Of a DNA stretch of 31,241 bases, positions 15,489 through 23,087 are shown piece by piece. The stretch is from a virus. Taxonomy: Duplodnaviria; Caudoviricetes. The position numbers and the translations under genes were made by a program. Location of the stretch: positions 1-31,241 of IMG/VR virus record IMGVR_UViG_3300021405_000042; one strand, given 5' to 3'. The notes under the pieces were generated by a model. The model made no database searches. It saw nothing but the letters and a program-made list of their open reading frames with translations, and was not told where the DNA came from. How positions within the stretch are numbered: position 1 is the stretch's first letter; each line of letters begins with the position of its first letter.

Positions 15489-16804
15489 AACTGCTCAGAG
15501 AGATAGCTCCACTCAAGCCTGAGATGGTCGATAACGACTATCACTTCAGAAAGGGTGAGGAAGCTCCTTCCCATATGAACGGCATTCCTTTCAAGTCATG
15601 GAAGCCACCAGCAGAACACGAGTGGAATAACGTATCTGGTCAGGACCACTCCATCGAGGTCGGCCTTCCTCCTGTCCATCCTGGCAAGCAGTTCAAAACT
15701 GGCATCATCATGCACGAGCCATCAGGCCACGTATGGCTCGCCAAGCCCACAAACAATTTCGCAGGCTATGACCACACGATCCCCAAAGGGAACGTCGAGG
15801 GCGGTCTGCACCCTCAGGCGAACGCCATCAAAGAGCTATACGAAGAGACTGGCCTCAAGGCTCGCATTACAGGCCATGCGGTGGACCGTGAGGGCCACTT
15901 CGCCCACACACGCCTCTATCATGGCGTCCGCGAAACAGGGCACCCACATGACTTCCATTGGGAGTCTGAAGGCGTAGCCGCTGTCCATCCTTCTCGTATC
16001 GGCAAATACCTAAACACTCCTGGCGACGTAGACATGTCTAATCGAGCATTGGGCACCAATATCCAAACTCGCACTCAACGCGAGCGTCAGCCATGGCACA
16101 AAGAATACGTTCAGCGTCCTGCGAAGATCAAGGAAGCGGAAGAGACAACGGGTCCAGTCGGCATCCATCCAGATCGCTTCAAGCAGGACATGCACAACGG
16201 CATCCGTCCGAATTACGACTTCGTTCACAAGCTGGCTCAGACCCACTTGACAGGCGATATCTCACATATCCATGACGAACATAAGGACGCCATTTCGACT
16301 TGGACTTCTCCGACAGGATATAAGGCAATCAACAACCGCCTAAAGACTGGCGACTCGAACTCAGACGATTATGACAATCGCGAAACTGATCAGCATATCA
16401 AGTACTTGACTGGTGCTGTCCGTAATCACAGATTACCTAATTCGACTTATGCCTATCGAGGCACACAGAGAAACACGTCAGCCAAACTCAATGCGTCCAA
16501 GCCTGGAGACATTATCAGTTCAAAGGGCTTCTCGTCTGCGACCCTCGATCCACAAAGAGCCACCCACTTCGCCAAGTCAAAAGACATCATGGCAATCCAT
16601 GCTCCTGCGGGCAGTCGCGGCCTATACGTCTCTCATCCGAAGTTAAATAGTCATACCGAAGAACGCGAGATGCTTTTCAGCCATGGAGCTAAATTTAAGT
16701 ACCACGGATCAGAAAGTTTCGACGTTCCAGAACACCATTATTCTGGAAAACCAACAGGAAATATAAATACATACAAGATACATCACGTGGAGTTGATGGA
16801 TTGA
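15485..16804 (+). CDS. Nudix hydrolase + ADP-ribosyltransferase fusion (ART-4)
   Basis: GTG start, MKLLREIAP; Nudix-box-like PKGNVEGGLHPQANAIKELYEETGL; intact R-S-E triad YAYRG / FSSAT / EEREM. Confidence 0.85.
   Translation: MKLLREIAPLKPEMVDNDYHFRKGEEAPSHMNGIPFKSWKPPAEHEWNNVSGQDHSIEVGLPPVHPGKQFKTGIIMHEPSGHVWLAKPTNNFAGYDHTIPKGNVEGGLHPQANAIKELYEETGLKARITGHAVDREGHFAHTRLYHGVRETGHPHDFHWESEGVAAVHPSRIGKYLNTPGDVDMSNRALGTNIQTRTQRERQPWHKEYVQRPAKIKEAEETTGPVGIHPDRFKQDMHNGIRPNYDFVHKLAQTHLTGDISHIHDEHKDAISTWTSPTGYKAINNRLKTGDSNSDDYDNRETDQHIKYLTGAVRNHRLPNSTYAYRGTQRNTSAKLNASKPGDIISSKGFSSATLDPQRATHFAKSKDIMAIHAPAGSRGLYVSHPKLNSHTEEREMLFSHGAKFKYHGSESFDVPEHHYSGKPTGNINTYKIHHVELMD
16762..16769 (+). promoter_or_regulatory. 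Internal late promoter within ART-4, upstream of the 73-aa ORF and gp17
   Basis: Perfect TATAAATA about 30 nt before the TTG at 16801. Confidence 0.5.
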
Positions 16805-17022
16805 GACCTGATTTAGCAATAACTTACGGGTGGCTAGAGATGTTAAACATGAAGAGCATCAAGAAAGATAACCCCTTTCTGTTTAACCTACTAAGGGAAG
16901 CGGCCATATGGCGACATGCTGCCCTAGTCTATGGAACCATGGGCTGTAATGACAAAGCCCACCGCGAGATGTTCGAACATATGAAAGTAGTAGACTCAGT
17001 ATATGGCAAAGTTTCGAAATAA
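16801..17022 (+). CDS. Hypothetical protein (73 aa)
   Basis: GGAG RBS, TTGA overlap with ART-4; overlaps gp17 start. Confidence 0.6.
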   Translation: MRPDLAITYGWLEMLNMKSIKKDNPFLFNLLREAAIWRHAALVYGTMGCNDKAHREMFEHMKVVDSVYGKVSK

Positions 17023-18793
17023 CCCTCTCCTAAAGGGTAAGAATGTTAAGTATGACTGGACACCAGAATTAGTCGAAGAGTATATTAAGTGTAAGGAAGA
17101 CATTTACTATTTCATTGAGCACTACTTCAAGATCGTGACCGAGAACGGTCTCGAACAGATGATCCTCCGTTCTTATCAGAAAGAGATGATCGACAACATG
17201 CTGAATGGCCGCTTTACGCTGGCCTGCATGAGTCGTCAAAGCGGTAAGACTGAAACTCTTCGTGCCTTCCTCATCTGGTATATTCTCTTCAACGATTTCA
17301 AGACTGTCGCCATCGTCGCCAACAAGCTTGACACGGCGATGGAAATCATCGGTAAGCTTCAGATATCATATCAGAATTTGCCTCTGTGGCTTCAATTGGG
17401 AGTCACCGAATTCAACAAGGGCTCATTCGTCCTTGAGAACAACTCCCGCCTATTCGCGTCGGCAACCAGTGCTGACGCCCTCCGTGGTTATACCTGCCAT
17501 ATCATCGTGATCGATGAGGCCGCACATATTGAGAATTGGGACGAGTTCTACGGAGCCGTTTCACCAACCATTTCAGCGGGTAAGTCAACCAAGCTCGTCA
17601 TGGTTTCGACGCCTAAGGGGTTGAACCACTTCTATGAGTTCTATGAGGGATCAAGCCTCGGCAAGAAGACGAACAACTTCCAGGCCACATTCGTTCCTTG
17701 GCATGTCGTGCCAGGACGTGACGAGCAATGGCAAAAAGAACAGCTTGAGCTTATCAACTTCGATATGGTCAAGTTCGATCAGGAGTTTAACTGCTCCTTC
17801 ATCGGATCGGCAGGCACACTCATTAACGGTGGTTGCCTACAGGTCTTGAAAACTGACATTCAGACGCCAGTACACGTGATTGACAAGCTGAAGATTTATG
17901 AACCCCCAATCAAAGAAAGAAAGGAGTGGCGTGAGAAGATCGAGAACGTAACACGCCAAAACAGCATCTATGAAAGAAACATCAAAGAAGTCGGCCAGAC
18001 TATTATGGAAGAATACACGATCCCGCCTGACAAGTATGCTATTGTGGCTGACGTTTCAAGAGGTAAGGGACTCGACTATTCTGCATTCTCCGTATTCAAT
18101 ATTACCAAAGTGCCTTATAGACAAGTGGCAACATTCAGAGACAACAACATCACGCCAACAGACTATGCCCACTACTTATATAAGGTAGGGCAATTATATA
18201 ATGAAGCGATAGTACTGGTCGAGATTAACGATATCGGTGAACAGGTCTCTACCTATATGATGGATGAGCTTGAATACGGTAACGTGCTCTGTACTCAATC
18301 AAATGGTCGAGCAGGCAAGACTGTCACCTTCAATATGTCAAAGGCAGACAAGGGCGTTCGTACAACGCTGACCCTAAAGAACTCAGGCTGTCTACTCATG
18401 AAGCTATTGCTTGAAGAGCGTCGTCTATCAATTGTCGATGCTGATACCGTAAACGAGTTGTTGACCTTTGTCAAGGACAAAAACTCATGGTCAGCCGATA
18501 AGGGCAAGAATGACGACTTAGTTATGGGAATTGTTCTGTTCTCCTGGCTGTCAGATCAGAAGTTCTTCTACGAATGGACTTCAATCAATACAGTTCAGAA
18601 CCTCAGTGAGGTATCTACGGCTCAGGTCCAGGCTAACCTTTTGAATTTTGGCTATATCGCTGAAGACACGAACGACTATACCGATATCCGTGGCCAGAAG
18701 TTTAAGCCTATCCACAACATGAACATTCCGCGAGATAGGTTCGATAGTTGGGAAGACCGTGAGATGCCTGTTCTGCATATGCACAATTTCTAG
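17003..18793 (+). CDS. gp17: Terminase large subunit, T4 gp17-like
   Basis: YQKEM adenine motif, Walker A SRQSGKT, Walker B IIVIDEAA, VSTPKG, nuclease ADVSRGKGLDYS and NDDLVM. Confidence 0.97.
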   Translation: MAKFRNNPLLKGKNVKYDWTPELVEEYIKCKEDIYYFIEHYFKIVTENGLEQMILRSYQKEMIDNMLNGRFTLACMSRQSGKTETLRAFLIWYILFNDFKTVAIVANKLDTAMEIIGKLQISYQNLPLWLQLGVTEFNKGSFVLENNSRLFASATSADALRGYTCHIIVIDEAAHIENWDEFYGAVSPTISAGKSTKLVMVSTPKGLNHFYEFYEGSSLGKKTNNFQATFVPWHVVPGRDEQWQKEQLELINFDMVKFDQEFNCSFIGSAGTLINGGCLQVLKTDIQTPVHVIDKLKIYEPPIKERKEWREKIENVTRQNSIYERNIKEVGQTIMEEYTIPPDKYAIVADVSRGKGLDYSAFSVFNITKVPYRQVATFRDNNITPTDYAHYLYKVGQLYNEAIVLVEINDIGEQVSTYMMDELEYGNVLCTQSNGRAGKTVTFNMSKADKGVRTTLTLKNSGCLLMKLLLEERRLSIVDADTVNELLTFVKDKNSWSADKGKNDDLVMGIVLFSWLSDQKFFYEWTSINTVQNLSEVSTAQVQANLLNFGYIAEDTNDYTDIRGQKFKPIHNMNIPRDRFDSWEDREMPVLHMHNF

Positions 18794-18798
18794 CTCCT

Positions 18799-18806
18799 GA
18801 TAAATA
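18799..18806 (+). promoter_or_regulatory. Late promoter (GATAAATA)
   Basis: Variant late box followed by AGGAG and ATG 18834. Confidence 0.6.
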
Positions 18807-18833
18807 TAACGATACCACAGGAGATTAGACCAA

Positions 18834-19121
18834 ATGACAATGATTTTGAAGCCAGTAGCAAACGAGTCGTTCTGCAACACTACCCAGAGTACGTTCGGAA
18901 ACAGTCCATTGATCCGTCTTTACAACTCAAACACTACAGCGGGTGTGGCTGGTGCCTTCCTTTTGACACGAGCAGTCAACTCTTCGGTTAACATCGCTTC
19001 AGTGACCCTCTTTCCTGGGCAGGAGATGTATTTCCGCAAGGAACCAACTGAACTACTCTCAAGTAACTCGGTCGCGAACAACATCTATGCGGTGCCTATT
19101 GCCTTCAACAGTGGCAGCTAA
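18834..19121 (+). CDS. Small late protein, probably virion-associated
   Basis: Own late promoter and AGGAG; Asn/Ser/Thr-rich beta character like the structural genes. Confidence 0.7.
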   Translation: MTMILKPVANESFCNTTQSTFGNSPLIRLYNSNTTAGVAGAFLLTRAVNSSVNIASVTLFPGQEMYFRKEPTELLSSNSVANNIYAVPIAFNSGS

Positions 19122-19139
19122 CGAGGAAACCTCCGATTT

Positions 19140-19147
19140 AATAAATA
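19140..19147 (+). promoter_or_regulatory. Late promoter upstream of gp18
   Basis: AATAAATA then AAGGAG. Confidence 0.8.
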
Positions 19148-19181
19148 AAAAGAAGAGCATATTTATAAAAAGGAGAGTAAG

Positions 19182-21311
19182 TTGACTTACCCAATTTCAG
19201 TAGGCGTTTATAATGTCGAAAAAGACTTCAGTGTTACCGTACCTAATCTTGGTTCAACAACTGGTGCTATCGCTGGCATTTTCGCTTGGGGTCCACTATT
19301 TCAGCCTTTCCCTGTCGGCTCTCAGACACTTTTGGCTACCTATTTCGGTAACCCTCAATCTTGGAACTATGAGACTTGGTACTCAGCTTTCAACTTCCTT
19401 GAATACGGCAACAACCTATACGTTGTTCGTACTGCGAACACAACAACAACAACTCCTAACTCAGCCCTAAACGCTGTCGTAGGCACAGGTTTCTCTGCGA
19501 ACGATATCCTTTCTTCAGTTATCTTGAACAAGACAACTCAGGCTCATCAGGCTCAGACAGGTGGCTGGCCTTCAACTGTTAACTACGTTGCGAAGTGGCC
19601 TTCAGGCTTCATCGGCAACGCTTTGGCTGTCGGACAGTGCTCATCTGCTAACCAGTACCACTCAAACGTGGCACTATCAGGTACGATTACTTCTGGTCTA
19701 TCTCAGGGTAACTCATACACTGGTTCGCTTTCATTGAACTCAGGTGCAAACACTGGTACGCTTTCATTCATCGCTGCGGGTGGTTCATCTGTTGCCGCTG
19801 GCAACACCTTCGCCAACACCTTGGTCAACTCATTCTCAGTAGGCGACTACTGGAAGGTGGCTACAGGCATTCGTGGTAACCCATCACAGTATCTTCAGAC
19901 AACTGCATTCTCTAATGCGGTTACAAACGCAACTGTAACAAGTATGACTGTTAACTTCAGTAAGCCTTACAACAGTGGCGGAAATCTTCAGATTTCAACT
20001 GTTGAGCGTCTATGGGAATACTACAGACAGGTTACCCCTCCTTCTTCTTGGACTTCACCTTATCAGGTTCACTCAACAAATCCAAACGTTCCTGACCTTG
20101 TTCAGGTTATCGTTGTGGACAATGCTGGTAATATCTCTGGTGTTCCAAACACTGTTCTTGAAATCTACGAGAACGTTTCTCGCTCTATCGATGCGTTGAA
20201 CCCTGATGGTACAACAAACTACTACAGAAACGTAATCAATCAACAGTCAAAGTGGATTTGGAACGTCAACGACCTAACTGGTGCTCTATCAGCGAACTCA
20301 GGTTCATTGGTTGCTGTTACAAACGGCTCAGTTCCGTTCGATCAGGTATTCAGTGGTGGTCAGGACGGCGACTCAGAAACTTCTGCTCCTATGGCAACCC
20401 TAATCAACGGTTGGGTGTTGTTCCAGGGCGTCGAGTCAATCACTATCGACCTTGTTATCGCTGGTAAGCCAGTTGGTCAATCTGCAACCGCAGGCCAGCT
20501 AGGCACAACCTACAGTAACTTCGGCATGGCTCAATGGTTGATTTCAAACATCGTTCAAACACGTCGTGACTGCATGTTGTGCTTCTCACCTGACTCTGCA
20601 ACAGTTATCAACAACGCAGGCAACGAGTCAACAGACTTGATCAATTGGGCTTCATTGCTTCCTTCAACAACCTATGCGGCAATGGACTCAGGCTACAAGC
20701 TTCAGTACGACCGCTACAACAACGTTAACCGTTGGGTTCCTCTGAACGGCGATATTGCTGGCCTATGTGTGTACACCGACAACGTGGCATACCCATGGGA
20801 GTCACCAGCGGGCTTCAACCGTGGCCAGATCAGCAACGTTATCCAGCTTGCTTACAACCCACAAGAGCCTGACCGTGACCTTATCTATCCTCAAGGTATC
20901 AACCCTGTTGTTACCTTCCCAGGACAGGGCACATTCTTGTACGGAGACAAGACGTTCACTATTGAGCCAACAGGCTTCAGTCGTATCAACGTTCGTCGTC
21001 TATTCTTGGTTGTTGAGAGAGCTATCAAGTTCGCTGCTCAGTACACTCTATTCGAGCTAAACGACGTATTCACTCAGAACCAGTTCAAGAACCTAGTAAC
21101 ACCTTACTTGAGCAACATTCAGGGTGCTGGTGGCATCATCAACTTCTTGGTGGTATGTGACGGAACAGTAAACACTCCAACGGTAATTGATGCGAATGAG
21201 TTCCTATGCTCTATCTACATCCAGCCTGCGAAGAGTATTAACTTCATCCAGATCACCTACGTGAACACGCCAACTGGTATCAGTTTCTCAACCATTGAGC
21301 CAACTCAATAA
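19182..21311 (+). CDS. gp18: Contractile tail sheath protein, T4 gp18-like
   Basis: GVYNVEKD, G.FAWGP, FLEYGN.LYVVR, WVPLNGDIAGL, SPAGFNRG, RINVRRLF, IQPAKSINFI. Confidence 0.97.
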   Translation: MTYPISVGVYNVEKDFSVTVPNLGSTTGAIAGIFAWGPLFQPFPVGSQTLLATYFGNPQSWNYETWYSAFNFLEYGNNLYVVRTANTTTTTPNSALNAVVGTGFSANDILSSVILNKTTQAHQAQTGGWPSTVNYVAKWPSGFIGNALAVGQCSSANQYHSNVALSGTITSGLSQGNSYTGSLSLNSGANTGTLSFIAAGGSSVAAGNTFANTLVNSFSVGDYWKVATGIRGNPSQYLQTTAFSNAVTNATVTSMTVNFSKPYNSGGNLQISTVERLWEYYRQVTPPSSWTSPYQVHSTNPNVPDLVQVIVVDNAGNISGVPNTVLEIYENVSRSIDALNPDGTTNYYRNVINQQSKWIWNVNDLTGALSANSGSLVAVTNGSVPFDQVFSGGQDGDSETSAPMATLINGWVLFQGVESITIDLVIAGKPVGQSATAGQLGTTYSNFGMAQWLISNIVQTRRDCMLCFSPDSATVINNAGNESTDLINWASLLPSTTYAAMDSGYKLQYDRYNNVNRWVPLNGDIAGLCVYTDNVAYPWESPAGFNRGQISNVIQLAYNPQEPDRDLIYPQGINPVVTFPGQGTFLYGDKTFTIEPTGFSRINVRRLFLVVERAIKFAAQYTLFELNDVFTQNQFKNLVTPYLSNIQGAGGIINFLVVCDGTVNTPTVIDANEFLCSIYIQPAKSINFIQITYVNTPTGISFSTIEPTQ

Positions 21312-21314
21312 ATA
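21307..21314 (+). promoter_or_regulatory. Late promoter upstream of gp19
   Basis: AATAAATA overlapping the gp18 stop; AAGGAG downstream. Confidence 0.75.
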
Positions 21315-21337
21315 AGACAAAAAGGAGATAACGGCAC

Positions 21338-21958
21338 ATGGGTTTTGATCTAGCACAGTTCTTGGCAGAGGGTTTGATTTACGGTGGAGCACGTCCAAGT
21401 AAGTTCGACATTCAGGCAACTCTACCTGCCGCTCTAGCAGGGGCTATCGATCCTTCGTCAACTGCGAAGCTTCAGTTCACATGCAAGGCTGCATCCATTC
21501 CTGCTTTCGCCCTAGGCGTTGCAGAAATTCCTTACTTCGGTCGTAAGATCAAGTCATCTGGTGACCGTGTGTGGGACGACTGGCGTATTCAGGTTATGTT
21601 GGACGAGGACTATAACACTCGTGCGATGTTTGAGGCTTGGAATAACTCAATCAACGCTCTTGTCTCAAACGACATGTTGGCTTCAGAAGACAGTACGTCT
21701 CCTTCAAATACCCTAGCGGGCTTCACTGAAGAGAACTACAAGTCAAACTGGACGATCAGTCATTACGGCAAGGACACGTCAATTATCCGTCAGTATACGC
21801 TGATCGGTGCTTGGCCTCGTGTTATTGGTGAAATGACTCTCGATTGGGACAACACCAACCGCATTATGGAATTCCCTGTCACCGTGTCATTCGATACGAT
21901 GGTTCCTGCACTTGAGGGTGCAAAGGGCAATGCCACAACGTATGCTTCAGCTACGTAA
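21338..21958 (+). CDS. gp19: Tail tube protein, T4 gp19-like
   Basis: GGARPSKF, F.CKAASIP, PYFGRKIK..GDR.WDDW, R.MFEAW, EFPVT.SFD. Confidence 0.96.
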   Translation: MGFDLAQFLAEGLIYGGARPSKFDIQATLPAALAGAIDPSSTAKLQFTCKAASIPAFALGVAEIPYFGRKIKSSGDRVWDDWRIQVMLDEDYNTRAMFEAWNNSINALVSNDMLASEDSTSPSNTLAGFTEENYKSNWTISHYGKDTSIIRQYTLIGAWPRVIGEMTLDWDNTNRIMEFPVTVSFDTMVPALEGAKGNATTYASAT

Positions 21959-22013
21959 TAAATAAGAATACAAGCCCCCACATAAAAACATATAACAGGG
22001 TGGTGAACTTATT

Positions 22014-22040
22014 AGGCGGCTTTCGAGCCGCCTTTTCTTT
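22014..22040 (+). terminator. Rho-independent terminator after gp19
   Basis: AGGCGGCT-TTCG-AGCCGCCT-TTTCTTT. Confidence 0.9.
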
Positions 22041-22413
22041 ACCAAGATATGGTGTACCAGCCTGAGTCATCCTGAGGCATATCGGGGTCTCGTTTCCTAT
22101 CATCCCTCTGCTCTTTGAACTCAAACTTGAATTCCTCGGAGCGAAGATAATCCTCGAACGGCTCACGGAAATACTTCACCCAAGTTGGGCGTCCTGTGCT
22201 TGACCACGAATAGATCGAAACTGTAGTCGAACGATTGCCCCCTCGGGCAGCATCAAGAACCTTTGATTTCAGTTCGCCCTTCATATTGTCAACCATATCA
22301 AAGGCGTGGTCTACTTCCCACTCCTTCTGTGCCTTTTCGGCAGCAAGCCTTTCGGCGGTGGCTCGCTTCTCAACCTCTGCGGAAAGGAAGCGAGCCTCTT
22401 CGATGAGACGCAT
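22039..22413 (-). CDS. Hypothetical protein
   Basis: TAATG coupling to upstream gene; ends at the terminator hairpin. Confidence 0.75.
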   Translation of the reverse strand: MRLIEEARFLSAEVEKRATAERLAAEKAQKEWEVDHAFDMVDNMKGELKSKVLDAARGGNRSTTVSIYSWSSTGRPTWVKYFREPFEDYLRSEEFKFEFKEQRDDRKRDPDMPQDDSGWYTISW

Positions 22414-22973
22414 TATTGGCGAACGTCGAACTGGTCATCGAACCAGTCATAGAGATTGAGACACTTGACGCTTTCGTCAGCAGCCGCCGTGAGAAGCTCG
22501 TTGAGGAAAGCTTCGCCCTTGTCGGACAGACCCTCGATGAACGCGTCATCGTTGAGAATGTTGAGGGCATCCTGGGCGAGGCTCGTGCCCTTAACGCGAA
22601 GGGCGGAACTGATCATCTTGACTTCATCAAGGGTGAAGTTGACGGGACCGTAAGGATAACGGCGAGCAACCTCTTCGTCACTCAATGTCTCGTCGTTGCC
22701 GAAGATTTGGGCGAAGATCGCGTCCAGATCGGCGGGACCATCGATCTTGATGACCTTGCCGCCGAAGTCAGCGAAAATGTCGTCCAACATGCGGTCGATA
22801 TCGCCATCGGTGGCACCGAGAACTTCCGAGTCTTCGTCGGCTAGTTCCTTGTTATAGGTGTCGCCCTCAGGAACGGCGAACGGAACGTCCATTGGTTCGG
22901 CGGGATAAAGCTCGGGGCGGCAGGCAGGGCAATCGCAGCCGTCAGCCGCGAAGTCGTTATCAAAGTCAGCCAT
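22413..22973 (-). CDS. Highly acidic protein with CxCxxC motif (186 aa)
   Basis: GGAG RBS before ATG 22973; 44 Asp/Glu vs 13 Lys/Arg by manual count. Confidence 0.8.
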   Translation of the reverse strand: MADFDNDFAADGCDCPACRPELYPAEPMDVPFAVPEGDTYNKELADEDSEVLGATDGDIDRMLDDIFADFGGKVIKIDGPADLDAIFAQIFGNDETLSDEEVARRYPYGPVNFTLDEVKMISSALRVKGTSLAQDALNILNDDAFIEGLSDKGEAFLNELLTAAADESVKCLNLYDWFDDQFDVRQ

Positions 22974-23013
22974 AATCAATCTCCATGTTTGGGTTAAGTC
23001 TGTCACAGGATGG

Positions 23014-23042
23014 AATGTAGCACAGCCCCTAAGCCATGTCAA
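23014..23042 (-). promoter_or_regulatory. Host sigma70-type (early) promoter
   Basis: TTGACA-17 bp-TACATT with TG upstream of the -10. Confidence 0.75.
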
Positions 23043-23052
23043 CCCCTCTTCT

Positions 23053-23060
23053 AATAAATA
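23053..23060 (+). promoter_or_regulatory. Late promoter upstream of gp20
   Basis: AATAAATA then AAGGA and ATG 23088. Confidence 0.8.
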
Positions 23061-23087
23061 AGTTCAGCAAATTCAGAAGGAAAACCA

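Noticed and set aside
17911-18027. Intein or intron in gp17
   Set aside because: Too short, frame intact, no C/S...HN splice motifs
22416-22844. Plus-strand 142-aa ORF
   Set aside because: Antisense to the acidic protein, downstream of a + strand terminator, no RBS
22974-23042. Track start (TTG 23042) of the 209-aa minus ORF
   Set aside because: That TTG is the -35 box TTGACA; the RBS supports ATG 22973
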